Source: Chromera velia
Taxonomy: Eukaryota
Direction of reading: 5' to 3'
NCBI GenBank assembly: GCA_018398765.1
Contig: JAHBMJ010000259.1
Location: 1 to 52,283, forward strand
DNA length: 52,283 nt
The notes below the pieces were generated by a model. The model saw only the letters and a list, made by a program, of their open reading frames with translations, made no database searches and was not told the DNA's origin. Below are positions 38,515-48,900 of the stretch, piece by piece (positions within the stretch are counted from its first letter, which is position 1; every line of letters begins with the position of its first letter). The position numbers were made by a program, and so were the translations under genes.

Positions 38515-39088
38515 AGGGCAAACTTAGACGAAAGAAAATTGATTACGGGTATGAATGAAGGGAGGCTTGCAAGGAAACAGACAGACAAAGGCGATTGAGT
38601 CCTGAAAGAATCCCGCCACTGTCCCGTCGCGTCGCAGGTGTGAAGACAGAGAGAGACAAAATGAGCCGGCTGAGAGGAAGCTGCCAAAGCCGAAGACCAC
38701 TCCACAGATGCCTCCCTCATTCACTGACTGACAGACTGTCTGACTGACCTTTGAGAGAAACCCCTTGCGAAGGAGTGAGTCCCCCGCACCGATTCCGTCC
38801 CCCTCCTCGAGCAATGCCGGGGGGGCAGGAGCGCCCTGCAGTCACATGAGGGGAAATATACAAGAAGTAAAGAATGTACTCGAAGGAAGAAACACAACAT
38901 AGGTCACGAGAACTTCACGTGTTGCTCACTGAAGTTCATTCAGAGACATGTGAAAGATTCAGACTGACCGCATTCCCATTCCCTGTGTCTGGCTGCTTCG
39001 GCTGGAATTCAACCAGCGCAGAATCATCTCCGTGCCCCGTGTCCTTCAGCCAGGCTGGAAGGCTGGGTTCTTTTGTAGTGCCACTCAT
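26534..39088 (-). CDS. Large multidomain protein (~2,080 aa): AlkB-like 2OG-Fe(II) oxygenase, DUF924, FSH1 serine hydrolase, 4x DGRLDLCKQ repeats, RI-like LRR. 17 exons: 39088-38969, 38835-38749, 38423-38368, 37955-37845, 37472-37386, 37144-35522, 35329-34815, 34409-33859, 33442-33357, 33046-32787, 32383-30618, 30182-30139, 29649-29487, 29012-28881, 28351-28225, 27678-27395, 26749-gap
   Basis: All 16 introns are GT-AG with compatible phases, giving one continuous frame of 6228 nt up to the assembly gap. The stop codon is not visible (gap 26302-26533). The link through exons 9-10 rests on splice logic only. Confidence 0.72.
30750..31300 (-). repeat. Four tandem diverged coding repeats HF.KGA.T.DGRLDLCKQAI...G...LL.AL
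   Basis: Visible at both DNA level (GGCCTGCTTGCA.AGGTCCA x4) and protein level within exon 11. Confidence 0.92.
34040..35135 (-). CDS. FSH1/OVCA2-type serine hydrolase domain of the large gene
   Basis: LKLLVLHSNRQT, YADAPH, CWW, GPF|DGVIGFSQGG (nucleophile Ser), IISGF, FHVWGQKD (Asp), HPSDH (His). Confidence 0.88.
35265..36405 (-). CDS. DUF924-like domain of the large gene
   Basis: TLSFWFG, LLLCDQMNRNAFRG...FALD, HSEEL..., H..VLSKFK|RYPHRNDILGRETTEAE match the DUF924 pattern (FWF, DQFPRN, HSE, FGRFPHRN.ILGR.ST.EE). Confidence 0.8.
36770..37955 (-). CDS. AlkB-like 2OG-Fe(II) dioxygenase domain of the large gene
   Basis: FNHAVVLLYRDGDDCIGFHKDKTLD (HxD), IVSLSLG..R, HGSLLALG, FYHSI (distal His), RISVTFR (2OG-binding Arg). 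Confidence 0.88.
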
Positions 39089-39842
39089 TGTAAAAGGCGC
39101 AGAAAAATCAGATACCCTTCTCTCTTTTTTGCCACAAATACTCAAAAAAGAGACGGGGAGATTGGCGGAAGTGACATGTTGTCTTTCTCTCCCAGCTCGC
39201 TACAGGTCCTTAAATTTTCTGCCTGCAGCAGAGACAGACAATCTGAACAGCTTCGAATTATACATGCATCGCGTAGACACGCTAAATGTATGAAGAGGAG
39301 TGGGCATGCAGGTCTTTCTTACCAGAATTAAAAGGAAAAAATCTTCGGTCGTCTGATCGCATCGATAATCGCGAATCCGACTTTCACTGCCGCGCACAGA
39401 ATCGGCTGCTTAATTATTAATATTAATAATTGCGCCGCGTGCGCGCGGCGGCGACGCGCGGGGCTTGGTGCATGGCGCCGGGCCGATCGATGCGCGGCTC
39501 ATCATTGCATGCAATTCATTGCGTGTGAGTGGCGCGCCGCACCACGACCACGCACTTACATACATCCGACGTTGAATTTGCACTGCACAGAAAAGTTCTA
39601 ACAGGACTGTCATGCAGCTAGCATAGTCGAGTGTCCCCGGGTCCGCTCCTGCAATGATTGCTGGGTGGAGAGGTTCCACAAACCCACAGGAGGCCTCCAT
39701 GCAGCTAGACTAGTCCTGTTTGATCAACAACACTACACGCAACTCTGTCGACGTTCGGCGTCTCTCTCTCTACTTATAATTGAATAACGGGATCGTCCGT
39801 GCCAGGCAGAGTCTGAGGAGGGGGTCCCATGATGCAAACATA
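39089..39842. promoter_or_regulatory. Probable bidirectional promoter
   Basis: Divergent ATGs at 39088 (-) and 39843 (+). An AT run (39410-39430) abuts a CpG-rich core (39432-39540) containing TGCATGCA. Confidence 0.45.
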
Positions 39843-41243
39843 ATGATTAGATTTCTCTTTTTTCTTTTGATGCTTGATTTTTCCTCTTGTTTTCCTCAGA
39901 GCAAAAAGAGGAAGAGACGGCTTCAAGAAGAGACGGCAGAGACGTCTGGACTTTCTCTCTCCGAGAGGAGAGGTGTCCCCTCCCCCAGAGGCCGGCCGGC
40001 AGCTTTTTTCGGAAGAGGCTGGTCTCTGACTGCGGGAACATCTACGCGGTTGCCCAGGGACGTTTGGGGAGTGTCGACCGGTAGAGTGGAAGTGAAGGGG
40101 GTGGCCAGGGTTGAGGAGACGGGTAGAGTGGAAGTGAAGGGGGTGGCCAGGGTTGAGGAGATGGGTAGAGTGGAAGTGAAGGGGGTGGCCAGGGTTGAGG
40201 AGATGGGGGGCACAAGTGAATTCTCTCAGGAGTCTTTCCTTCCGTCGACAGCCGCCTTGTCGAGGGCCCTGCGAAGAGAGGCCCTGCAGCTCTACCTCCC
40301 CCTCCTGGCCGTCCTCAACGAACGGGACGTCTCCAGTGGGGACCTTTTTGAAGGGTTCAACCATCTCTTCGGTGGCAGAAGGCAAAAACAGAAACGAATC
40401 CATCAGGTTGCAGAGGCCCTCTCTCCCCATCTTCCTTCCCTCTCTGCCATTTTCAGAAAGACTCTAGGGAAGGAACGACTGAGGTCAGGAAAGACCATCA
40501 ATCGGGAAATTGGTGCTTTTCTGCGACGGTTCCCAACCCAGGAAGCCCACACCCCCTCCCCCTCTCTGTTCCAACAGGCATCGTGCGACACCGATCGAGA
40601 GTTTTCATCTTCATGTGAATCGGCTCCAGTGGCTCTGACCACTTCCGAATCAGACGCCAGTCCGGTTGAAGAAGAAAAGGAGACCTCCGAGCCACAGCAG
40701 CAGGAAGATCAGCAGGAGAGGGTGGAGACCGGGTTCAAACATCTCTTCAGTGGCAGAAGGCAATATCAGAAGGGGAAGGGGAAGCATACAGAGATAGAGA
40801 GTTCAAATCTGAGGGCCCCCCGGGGTGTGTGGGAGTTGCCGAAGGAGAACATGGGAAGTCTGATGAGTCTGTTGGGGGACCGGAGCTTGACGTTGTTTTT
40901 CCTTGTTGAAGCTTGCGTGCGTCGAAAGGTTCTGACAGGGAGGGACATTGGTGAAGGTCTGAGAACTCTGTTCTCTCAAAATGCTCTTGCAGAGAATCGA
41001 AAGCAGGCCGAAATGAAAGAGGATGCATGTGCTCGCAGACTTCACCCGCACCTCGGCACTCTGTCCGTCATTTTGAAGGAGACGGTCGGGGTGGAGCGGT
41101 TGATAGACGGAGAGACAGTGCACGAGGCAACGGAAGATTTTCTTTCCCAGAAAGACCAGACGCCTCCAAATCCGTCAGGGAAACCAATGTTTAAGTCAAA
41201 GAAGAGAAGACTGTGGATACAACGAATAGAGGCTCGTGTTTGA
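39843..41243 (+). CDS. Single-exon hypothetical protein (~466 aa) with signal peptide, 14-aa tandem repeats and an internally duplicated domain
   Basis: 1.4-kb uninterrupted ORF; MIRFLFFLLMLDFSSC|FPQ leader; GRVEVKGVARVEE(T/M) x3; two related segments (EGFNHLF..LSPHLPSLSAIFRKTLGKERL and EGLRTLF..LHPHLGTLSVILKETVGVERL). Confidence 0.75.
   Translation: MIRFLFFLLMLDFSSCFPQSKKRKRRLQEETAETSGLSLSERRGVPSPRGRPAAFFGRGWSLTAGTSTRLPRDVWGVSTGRVEVKGVARVEETGRVEVKGVARVEEMGRVEVKGVARVEEMGGTSEFSQESFLPSTAALSRALRREALQLYLPLLAVLNERDVSSGDLFEGFNHLFGGRRQKQKRIHQVAEALSPHLPSLSAIFRKTLGKERLRSGKTINREIGAFLRRFPTQEAHTPSPSLFQQASCDTDREFSSSCESAPVALTTSESDASPVEEEKETSEPQQQEDQQERVETGFKHLFSGRRQYQKGKGKHTEIESSNLRAPRGVWELPKENMGSLMSLLGDRSLTLFFLVEACVRRKVLTGRDIGEGLRTLFSQNALAENRKQAEMKEDACARRLHPHLGTLSVILKETVGVERLIDGETVHEATEDFLSQKDQTPPNPSGKPMFKSKKRRLWIQRIEARV
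40080..40207 (+). repeat. 42-bp coding tandem repeat, 3 copies
   Basis: GTAGAGTGGAAGTGAAGGGGGTGGCCAGGGTTGAGGAGA at 40081, 40123 and 40165. Confidence 0.95.
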
Positions 41244-42059
41244 AAAACAAAGAAGTTCGATAATCATATAATACAGTGATACTAGGTCACGGCTGGATGC
41301 TAGATTGGATGATCTTTCGGATATTAAAAAGATACTATTAATTAGGAACGACATAAAAGGATGCGTTTAATTATTGCTTTTACTTAACTTTCTGCCAGCT
41401 AGTCTGTTTGGGGGACTCTACGAGTGGTAAGTTCCTAGGTGAGTTTCAATTTTTACTAAAATTTTTAATATGTGGATTATCCTAGGGATTGTCAGATCTA
41501 TTGTATTTATGATGGATTACTAGATGAAATATAATAAAAATTATTGATTCAAATTATAGAAGGAAGTTAAACATAAACTAGCATGAATTAAACATCCATT
41601 ATCATCGATATCATCATTATTATACGCCATCGCCACCACCTTATAAATAGGCTAGTAGTAAATAGGTATGTAGAGTCTGGCAGCAATGTATGAGGCAGTT
41701 CAATTCTTCACTGGGTTCTTCATAACAGCAGTTCTCTTTGATTTATACTTAATTCTCTACTTAATTCTAGACTTAATTGACTTTTAAATTCTTTTTAAAA
41801 AAATATTACCCATTATTACCCCCATGCATATGAATCCCGTGCTAGATCCCGTGTGAAACGGTTTTTTTTTTGCGTAACACAGCCTAAGTACTCAAGCTAT
41901 GCAAGCTTAAGTAATTTAGCTGACTCAGAGTAATTTAAAATAATTTAAAGCAATTTAGACTAATGAAAAGAAACTTTGAATAGTATATATCATAACTTTG
42001 AATTTAGTTCATAAGTCAAACCATTGCACTTAAGCTTTAAAATGCCTTTGTAGCTTCCT

Positions 42060-43010
42060 TATTTTACTTCAAACACCAGGTCTTCATATTGAAAGACTTT
42101 CTGACACAAAGAATAATAAGGACTTTTTTGTTTCTTCAAGCACTCCCTCATTCTTTTCCTGAAGCATAGGGGTCTAGAATTGCTATCACAATACCCTATG
42201 AAGGGGCGTTGTCGGCTTTGCGTGTATATAGCGCCTCGGGGGGGGGGGCGTCGGCCTTTGGCCGACGGCTATATACAATGCCCCTACAGGGGCGTAGGAG
42301 GTCGTAGGGGGGCGTTGGAAGAGCGCTTTCCATGCAGGGCGATGCACGAGCGTTCAAAAGCCCTTTTATTCAGACATGTATACTAACAAAGACCTTCTTC
42401 CATAACAGATAAAAATGAATGAATCATGTTTGATTTTGATATATAACGACTAGATTTTGTATGATATATTAAAGGGTATAGGCTGATGTAAATTGGCTAG
42501 ATTCGGCTGGATCTGACTAGTATAATATGATTATTCGTGAGGTTAGCTCAATTTTTTATCAATGAAGGGGTATAGCCTGTCTAAAACCTTATACATTCAA
42601 CACAACACCCTAGGGGCATTGCCCCTATCATGATGGCAAAATGCCTTTATATACAACGCTCTTAAGGCGTAGCCCCTAGGCACGTCTCTATATACTATGC
42701 CACCCCCCCCCCCCCCCNCCGATATCTAGACCCCTATCCTGAAGCAACCAATATGCATCTTGCGTGAGTGGGAGCCTGAGCAAGGAAGAACAACGACACC
42801 CGGCTTAATGTCCTCGATGTCTCTGGCAAAGGTGTGTAGGCAAATTGGATAGTCAGCGGAAGTTTGTATCTCTTGACTGCTGCTGCTGCTGCTGCTGCTG
42901 CTGATACTGCTACTACTGTTTGTATTGCTGGTGTCACCTTCCATCAAAAGAGGTATCGAGAGGTGTCCCCCCCTCGCTCTCCCAACCAACAGACCAGAAC
43001 AACTTTCCAA
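42060..43010 (-). pseudogene. RING-H2-type zinc-finger pseudogene interrupted by a TIR element
   Basis: Removing 42167-42746 gives DYPICLHTF..VVVLPCSGSHSRKMHIGCFRKRMRECLKKQKSPYYSLCQKVF. This has RING spacing, with ligands 1 and 7 read as Tyr (TAT). Confidence 0.7.
42167..42736. mobile_element. 570-bp non-autonomous TIR element, 12-bp TIRs, 10-bp TSD
   Basis: TIR TAGGGGTCTAGA / TCTAGACCCCTA; direct repeat TCCTGAAGCA at 42157-42166 and 42737-42746; subterminal GCCCCTA and TATATAC repeats. Confidence 0.88.
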
Positions 43011-44155
43011 AACAAAAAATATCTATTCCCGATTCGGCCCACCCTTGTTATGAAATTGTTTGAGTCAGTTGAATGTCGGTGAGAGGTGGGGAGTCAACGC
43101 AGTGTTATGGTCTGTAGATCTCTTTCAGCTTCATAGCCAGGCAAGTCTCTTTATCATGCCCCTTCAGCTGGATCGGCCATTCTGCGTTACCTCTCGAAGG
43201 TATCCACACGCGAATATCTCTCTACAGCATATGGGAAAACAAACGCAGCAGAAATCGGCCGTTTTCTTTAAGTAAGCCAACTTCGTGCATAAGCCACTGC
43301 TGGTGCTGCTTGCTTGACCGCGGAAGCGGACACAGGGCTCCAACTTGCATCCTGAGCTGTTTGAGGGCATCGTTCGACAGTCACTCCTCATTCCCTCTGA
43401 GAAGGGTTTACAAGCTGAGCAAAAGGGAGTGCCCGTGCTGGAAACACCTGGTCTACGTATATAGCGCGTCTGGCTCCCACAGGTCAGGTAGGATGCCGTC
43501 TTTCACCCCGAAAGCACAGGCCAACAAACAGTCAGAGTTTACCCCCCCCTTGCGACTTACCCAGAGGAGACGTCCCATGGTGCCCGTCCTGGAACAGGCT
43601 ACCAACTGTTTGTCGTGTCGTAGATTCACCTTCTCCATTCATGACTTGACCTCGGCTTTGGCGAGAGATCGCAATGGTTAATTCATCTCCATAAGCGAAT
43701 CACCCCGCAAGAACGATCTCGTTCTCGTGGGATTCCCCTCACCGAACTTAATGTTACTCACCCCCCCCCTCCATTCCGTTTCCCTCTTCCCCCCCCTCAA
43801 CCCCCCCATTCTCTTCAAAGAAATCTACCTCATTCCCTCCATCCTCCTCAATCTTCTTTCCCTCCTCATCTCTATCCTGTCCTTGTCCCCACTGAGTCTC
43901 GCTCACGCTTCCGTCTTCCAAAGAAGTCTGTCTCTTCTCTGTAAAGAAAGGCCAAGCACCAGAGGATATGTTCCACCTACTGAAGCAGTAACAAGAGAAA
44001 ATCCTTTCAAAAGGGTACTCAACAAAGGCTGCCTTCAGAGTGAATAAAACTTTCAATACTAGTATGTACTGATCTATTTACTAACTACTGTTATACGCTG
44101 TTGGCTATAAATAAAAGTACATTCAAAAATCTGTCTCAAATCATTCTTAAAACAC

Positions 44156-44527
44156 TCACGTGCATTCAACGCTCGATCTGATGACCACTTTTGACCGACT
44201 TTTGCATTCTAAACATCGAAAATGCTGCTTGTTGTACTCGCAGATGCAGCTTCCTCCACACTCTTTGCATGAGTCTTTCCGGTGACCATAGACGCAGACT
44301 GTGCGAGCGCCGGGGTACAGCGGGCAGCGGTACCGAAATTTCCCGTGCTTATAACGGCTACCTCCTCCACACTCTTTGCATCGCGTCCGACGCTTCCCAT
44401 AAACACACACACCCTTCCCACTACACAAGATACAGAGAGATTTCATGTTGCCATATGCATAAAATCTGCTCCCACCACACTCTCTGCAATCCCTTCTGCG
44501 CCTTCCGTGCTCACAATAGTCCTCCAC
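44156..44527 (-). pseudogene. Terminal exon encoding tandem C-x-HG...CxxCGG zinc-binding repeats, degenerate
   Basis: Acceptor TTCTTGCAG at 44528, then CEHGRRRRDCRECGG...CKECGG...CKECGGSCICEY. Seven expected Cys/His positions read Tyr. Confidence 0.7.
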
Positions 44528-44609
44528 CTGCAAGAAAACGGTCAGTGTCAAGTTAATAAATTGAGATTTGACAGGAAGAGGGACAAATGCAGGAAGCGCT
44601 AAGAATAAG

Positions 44610-45520
<911 letters not shown>

Positions 45521-45563
45521 AGTTTTGTCATACATGCCGCGTCCCCATATATGAGGGGCGGAT

Positions 45564-45919
45564 CTACAACTGTTGCGCAACTCTTGTACATGCGGTCCCA
45601 AAAAACTAGATGTGTCTTACCACTTTTATTTTCTTTCTAAAATATTGTAGTCCCAATATGCAATGATACATCCACGAACCCTCAAGAGATGTATCGATTA
45701 TGATTGCGCAAAGCTACGGACGGGCAAATAAACAACTGTTACGCAACTCTTGTGCATGCGGTCCCAAAAAACTAGATGTCTCTTACCACTTTTATTTTTT
45801 TTCTAAAATATTGTAGTCCCAATATGGAATGATGCATCGATTATAATTGAAGGGACGCCAATCCCCGGTAAATGAACAACTGTTGCGCAACTGTTGTGCA
45901 TGCGGTCCCACAAAACTAG
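45564..45919. repeat. ~148-bp satellite, left part (~2.3 units)
   Basis: CAACTGTTGCGCAACTCTTGTGCATGCGGTCCCAAAAAACTAGATGTGTCTTACCAC... with CTAG at 45606, 45772 and 45916. Confidence 0.9.
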
Positions 45920-48900
45920 GCTAGTGAAATCGGGTCTTTCTGTCAATCCTCTTCGAAGCAATCGGTTTACGGACAAGGACTTCGTGACGGAAGGGCGTCG
46001 CTTGCTTCGTTGTTGCATGCAAGCCTTAGATCATCGTCAATTAATCCAGTAGAAAGGGGGGGCGGGCGCGTGTCTACTGGGCGCCTCGGAGGATCGTTTG
46101 GAGGAGCACTACCGGTTTTGCTGTTAAGAGTCCTTGCTTCAGGATCAGACTCCCTGAGGTTCTCTCCTTTTTCGTTCGTTAGATTCCTTCTTTCCTTTCT
46201 TCCAGAACCTTCCTCTAGACCTTCCTTCTTTCCTTCGTGCTTGTTTGACTCGTTTCTTTTCGTCTTCATGATTTCTTTTGTGACTTCTGCAAATGCGCCC
46301 TTGCATGCGCTTGCATGCCCTTACTATTGAAAGAACTCTTTTCCTTCTTAGCAGATCTTGACCTGTTTGATCGTTCATGTAATCAAGCCAACAGCGATAG
46401 ATAAATGATAGTGGCAGACCGACGGGGTATGGATCGGTAGGCTAGAACGGAAGTTGTTTGGTGTTTCAGGCGGTGTATGACGCGATCGATGCCTCCTTAG
46501 ATGCGTGCGTGCGTCATCCATCTATGCATGCGCGCTGATCTCAGTATGCACGTTGCATGCATATATTTTGCATGCATGCATTTGCATTAATACACATCTC
46601 TTCAATCGATCGCTGTACATCGCTCGTATGGCATTGCCTTAAGACAGCTCCGTAAGCCTCTCTTTTTGCGTGCCGAAAACTGACAATGCATGTCGGTATG
46701 GTCAAGATTCCTCAGCTGTCTGAAGAGGTTAAAGTGATTCTAGCTCCTATATTACTAGAGCTTCTCCTGGGGCGGTGGTAGCCAAGAACTCAGGGTTTTC
46801 ACGAGAGGTTTGCAGGGAGTTTTTGGCTGTGTCCATCTCTCTGTCATGTTGCATCTGCAGTTTGAGATTTGAAGCACTTCACGGTGGTATTCTCTCTTTG
46901 TTTCCTGTTGCAGCGCGCTGCTGAACCGTCCGAAGACTGTGTTCGCTCGGCCGTTCTGTAACTAAACTTGAGAGCTCTGCCACCCTTTGACTTACTGTCT
47001 TCTTTTTATCACCTCGGTCTAGCTCACATTGCGCTTTTTGCTTTCTTGAGATGGTTGCTACAACTCCCTCCATCTTAGCCCAGGCGGTCCTCTGGAGGAT
47101 GGAAGCTTTCCTTGCTGAGCAGGGTTTTGCAACTTCGGACCCTTTCTGTTCCGGTTCGTTGGTAGAAGCTTTAGAACGTTTTTTTGGATTCCTTCGTCGA
47201 CGCAGGGATCCGGTTGCCCTCTCTAATTCAGGATGCGTTGGCTCTACAACAGCAGCCAGCTGTCACCGACGTAGGAAGCGTACGAAGAGGGGGAAACGCT
47301 TCTCTAAGGCAAAGTGAGAACGGATGAGTTCGGATGAGTGGGACACGGACGCGCCGTCTTCAAACGAATGCAGATCTCTTTCTCGGCCGGGCCCCTTGAC
47401 TGTATCATGTTGCAATCTTGAGCCCCTTCTTGTGCAGAAAGAGTCCAATGTACGTGAATATAACCATTGCTCTGTGATGAAAACAACTAGACGGTGTCCG
47501 ACTCAACCGCATCAGGAGAAGTTTCACGGTGTGTTTGGGACTTCTTCGGGAGTTTGGGGTGCAGTTGTGCGACAGAGGGATGGTTTGTCGCTTTATGCAG
47601 GAGTGGTAAATGGGGTGGGGAAGGGACATGCCTCGGTGGGGCTAGTGAAATCGGGTCTTTCTGTCAATCCTCTTCGAAGCAATCGGTTCACGGACAAGGA
47701 CTTCGTGACGGAAGGGCGTCGCTTGCTTCGTTGTTGCATGCAAGCCTTGGATCATCGTCAATTGATCCAGTAGAAAGGGGGGGCGGGCGCGTATCTACTG
47801 GGCGCCTCGGAGGATCGTTTGGAGGAGCACTACCGGTTTTGCTGTTAAGAGTCCTTACTTCAGGATTAGACTCCCTGAGGTTCTCTCCTTTTTCGTTCGT
47901 TAGATTCCTTCTTTCCTTTCTTCCAGAACCTTCCTCTAGACCTTCCTTCTTTCCTTCGTGCTTGTTTGACTCGTTTCCTTTCGTCTTCATAATTTCTTTT
48001 GTGACTTCTGCAAATGCGCCCTTGCATGCGCTTGCATGCCCTTACTATTGAAAGAACTCTTTTCCTTCTTAGCAGATCTTGACCTGTTTGATCGTTCATG
48101 CAATCAAGCCAACAGCGATAGATAAATGACAGTGGCAGACCGACGGGGTGTGGATCGGTAGGCTAGAACGGAAGTTGTTTGGTGTTTCAGGCGGTGTATA
48201 ACGCGATCGATGCCTCCTTAGATGTATGCGTGCGTCATCCATCCATGCATACACGCTGATCTCAGTATGCACGTTGCATGCATGTATTTTGCATGCATGC
48301 ATTTGCATTAATACACATCTCTTCAATCAATCGCTGTATACCGCTCGTATGGCATTACCTTAAGACAGCTCCGTAAGCCTCTCTTTTGCGTGCTGAAAAC
48401 TGACAATGCATGTCGGTATGGTCAAGATTCCTCAGCTGTCTGAAGAGGTTAAAGTGATTCTAGCTCCTATATTACTAGAGCTTCTCCTGGGGCAGCGGTA
48501 GCCAAGAACTCAGGGTTTTCACGAGAGGTTTGCAGGGAGTTTTCGGCTGTGTCCATCTCTCTGTCATGTTGCATCTGCAGTTTGAGATTTAAAGCACTTT
48601 ACGGTGGTATTCTCTCTTTGTTTCCTGTTGCAGCGCGCTGCTGAACCGTCTGAAGACTATGTTCGCTCGGCCGTTCTGTAACTAAACTTGAGAGCTCTGC
48701 CATCCTTTGACTTACTGTCTTCTTTTTATCACCTCGGTCTAGCTCACATTGCGCTTTTTGCTTTCTTGAGATGGTTGCTACGACTCCCTCCATCTTGGCC
48801 CAGGCGGTCCTCTGGAGGATGGAAGCTTTCTTTGCTGAGCAAGGTTTTGCAACTTCGGACCCTTTCTGTTCCGGTTCGTTGGTAGAAGCTTTGGAACGTT

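Noticed and set aside
43330..43640. NSDCLLAC...LKQLRMQV resembling an OTU protease upstream of the RING relic
   Set aside because: Similarity is too weak and the frame is broken by stops; it needs a profile search.
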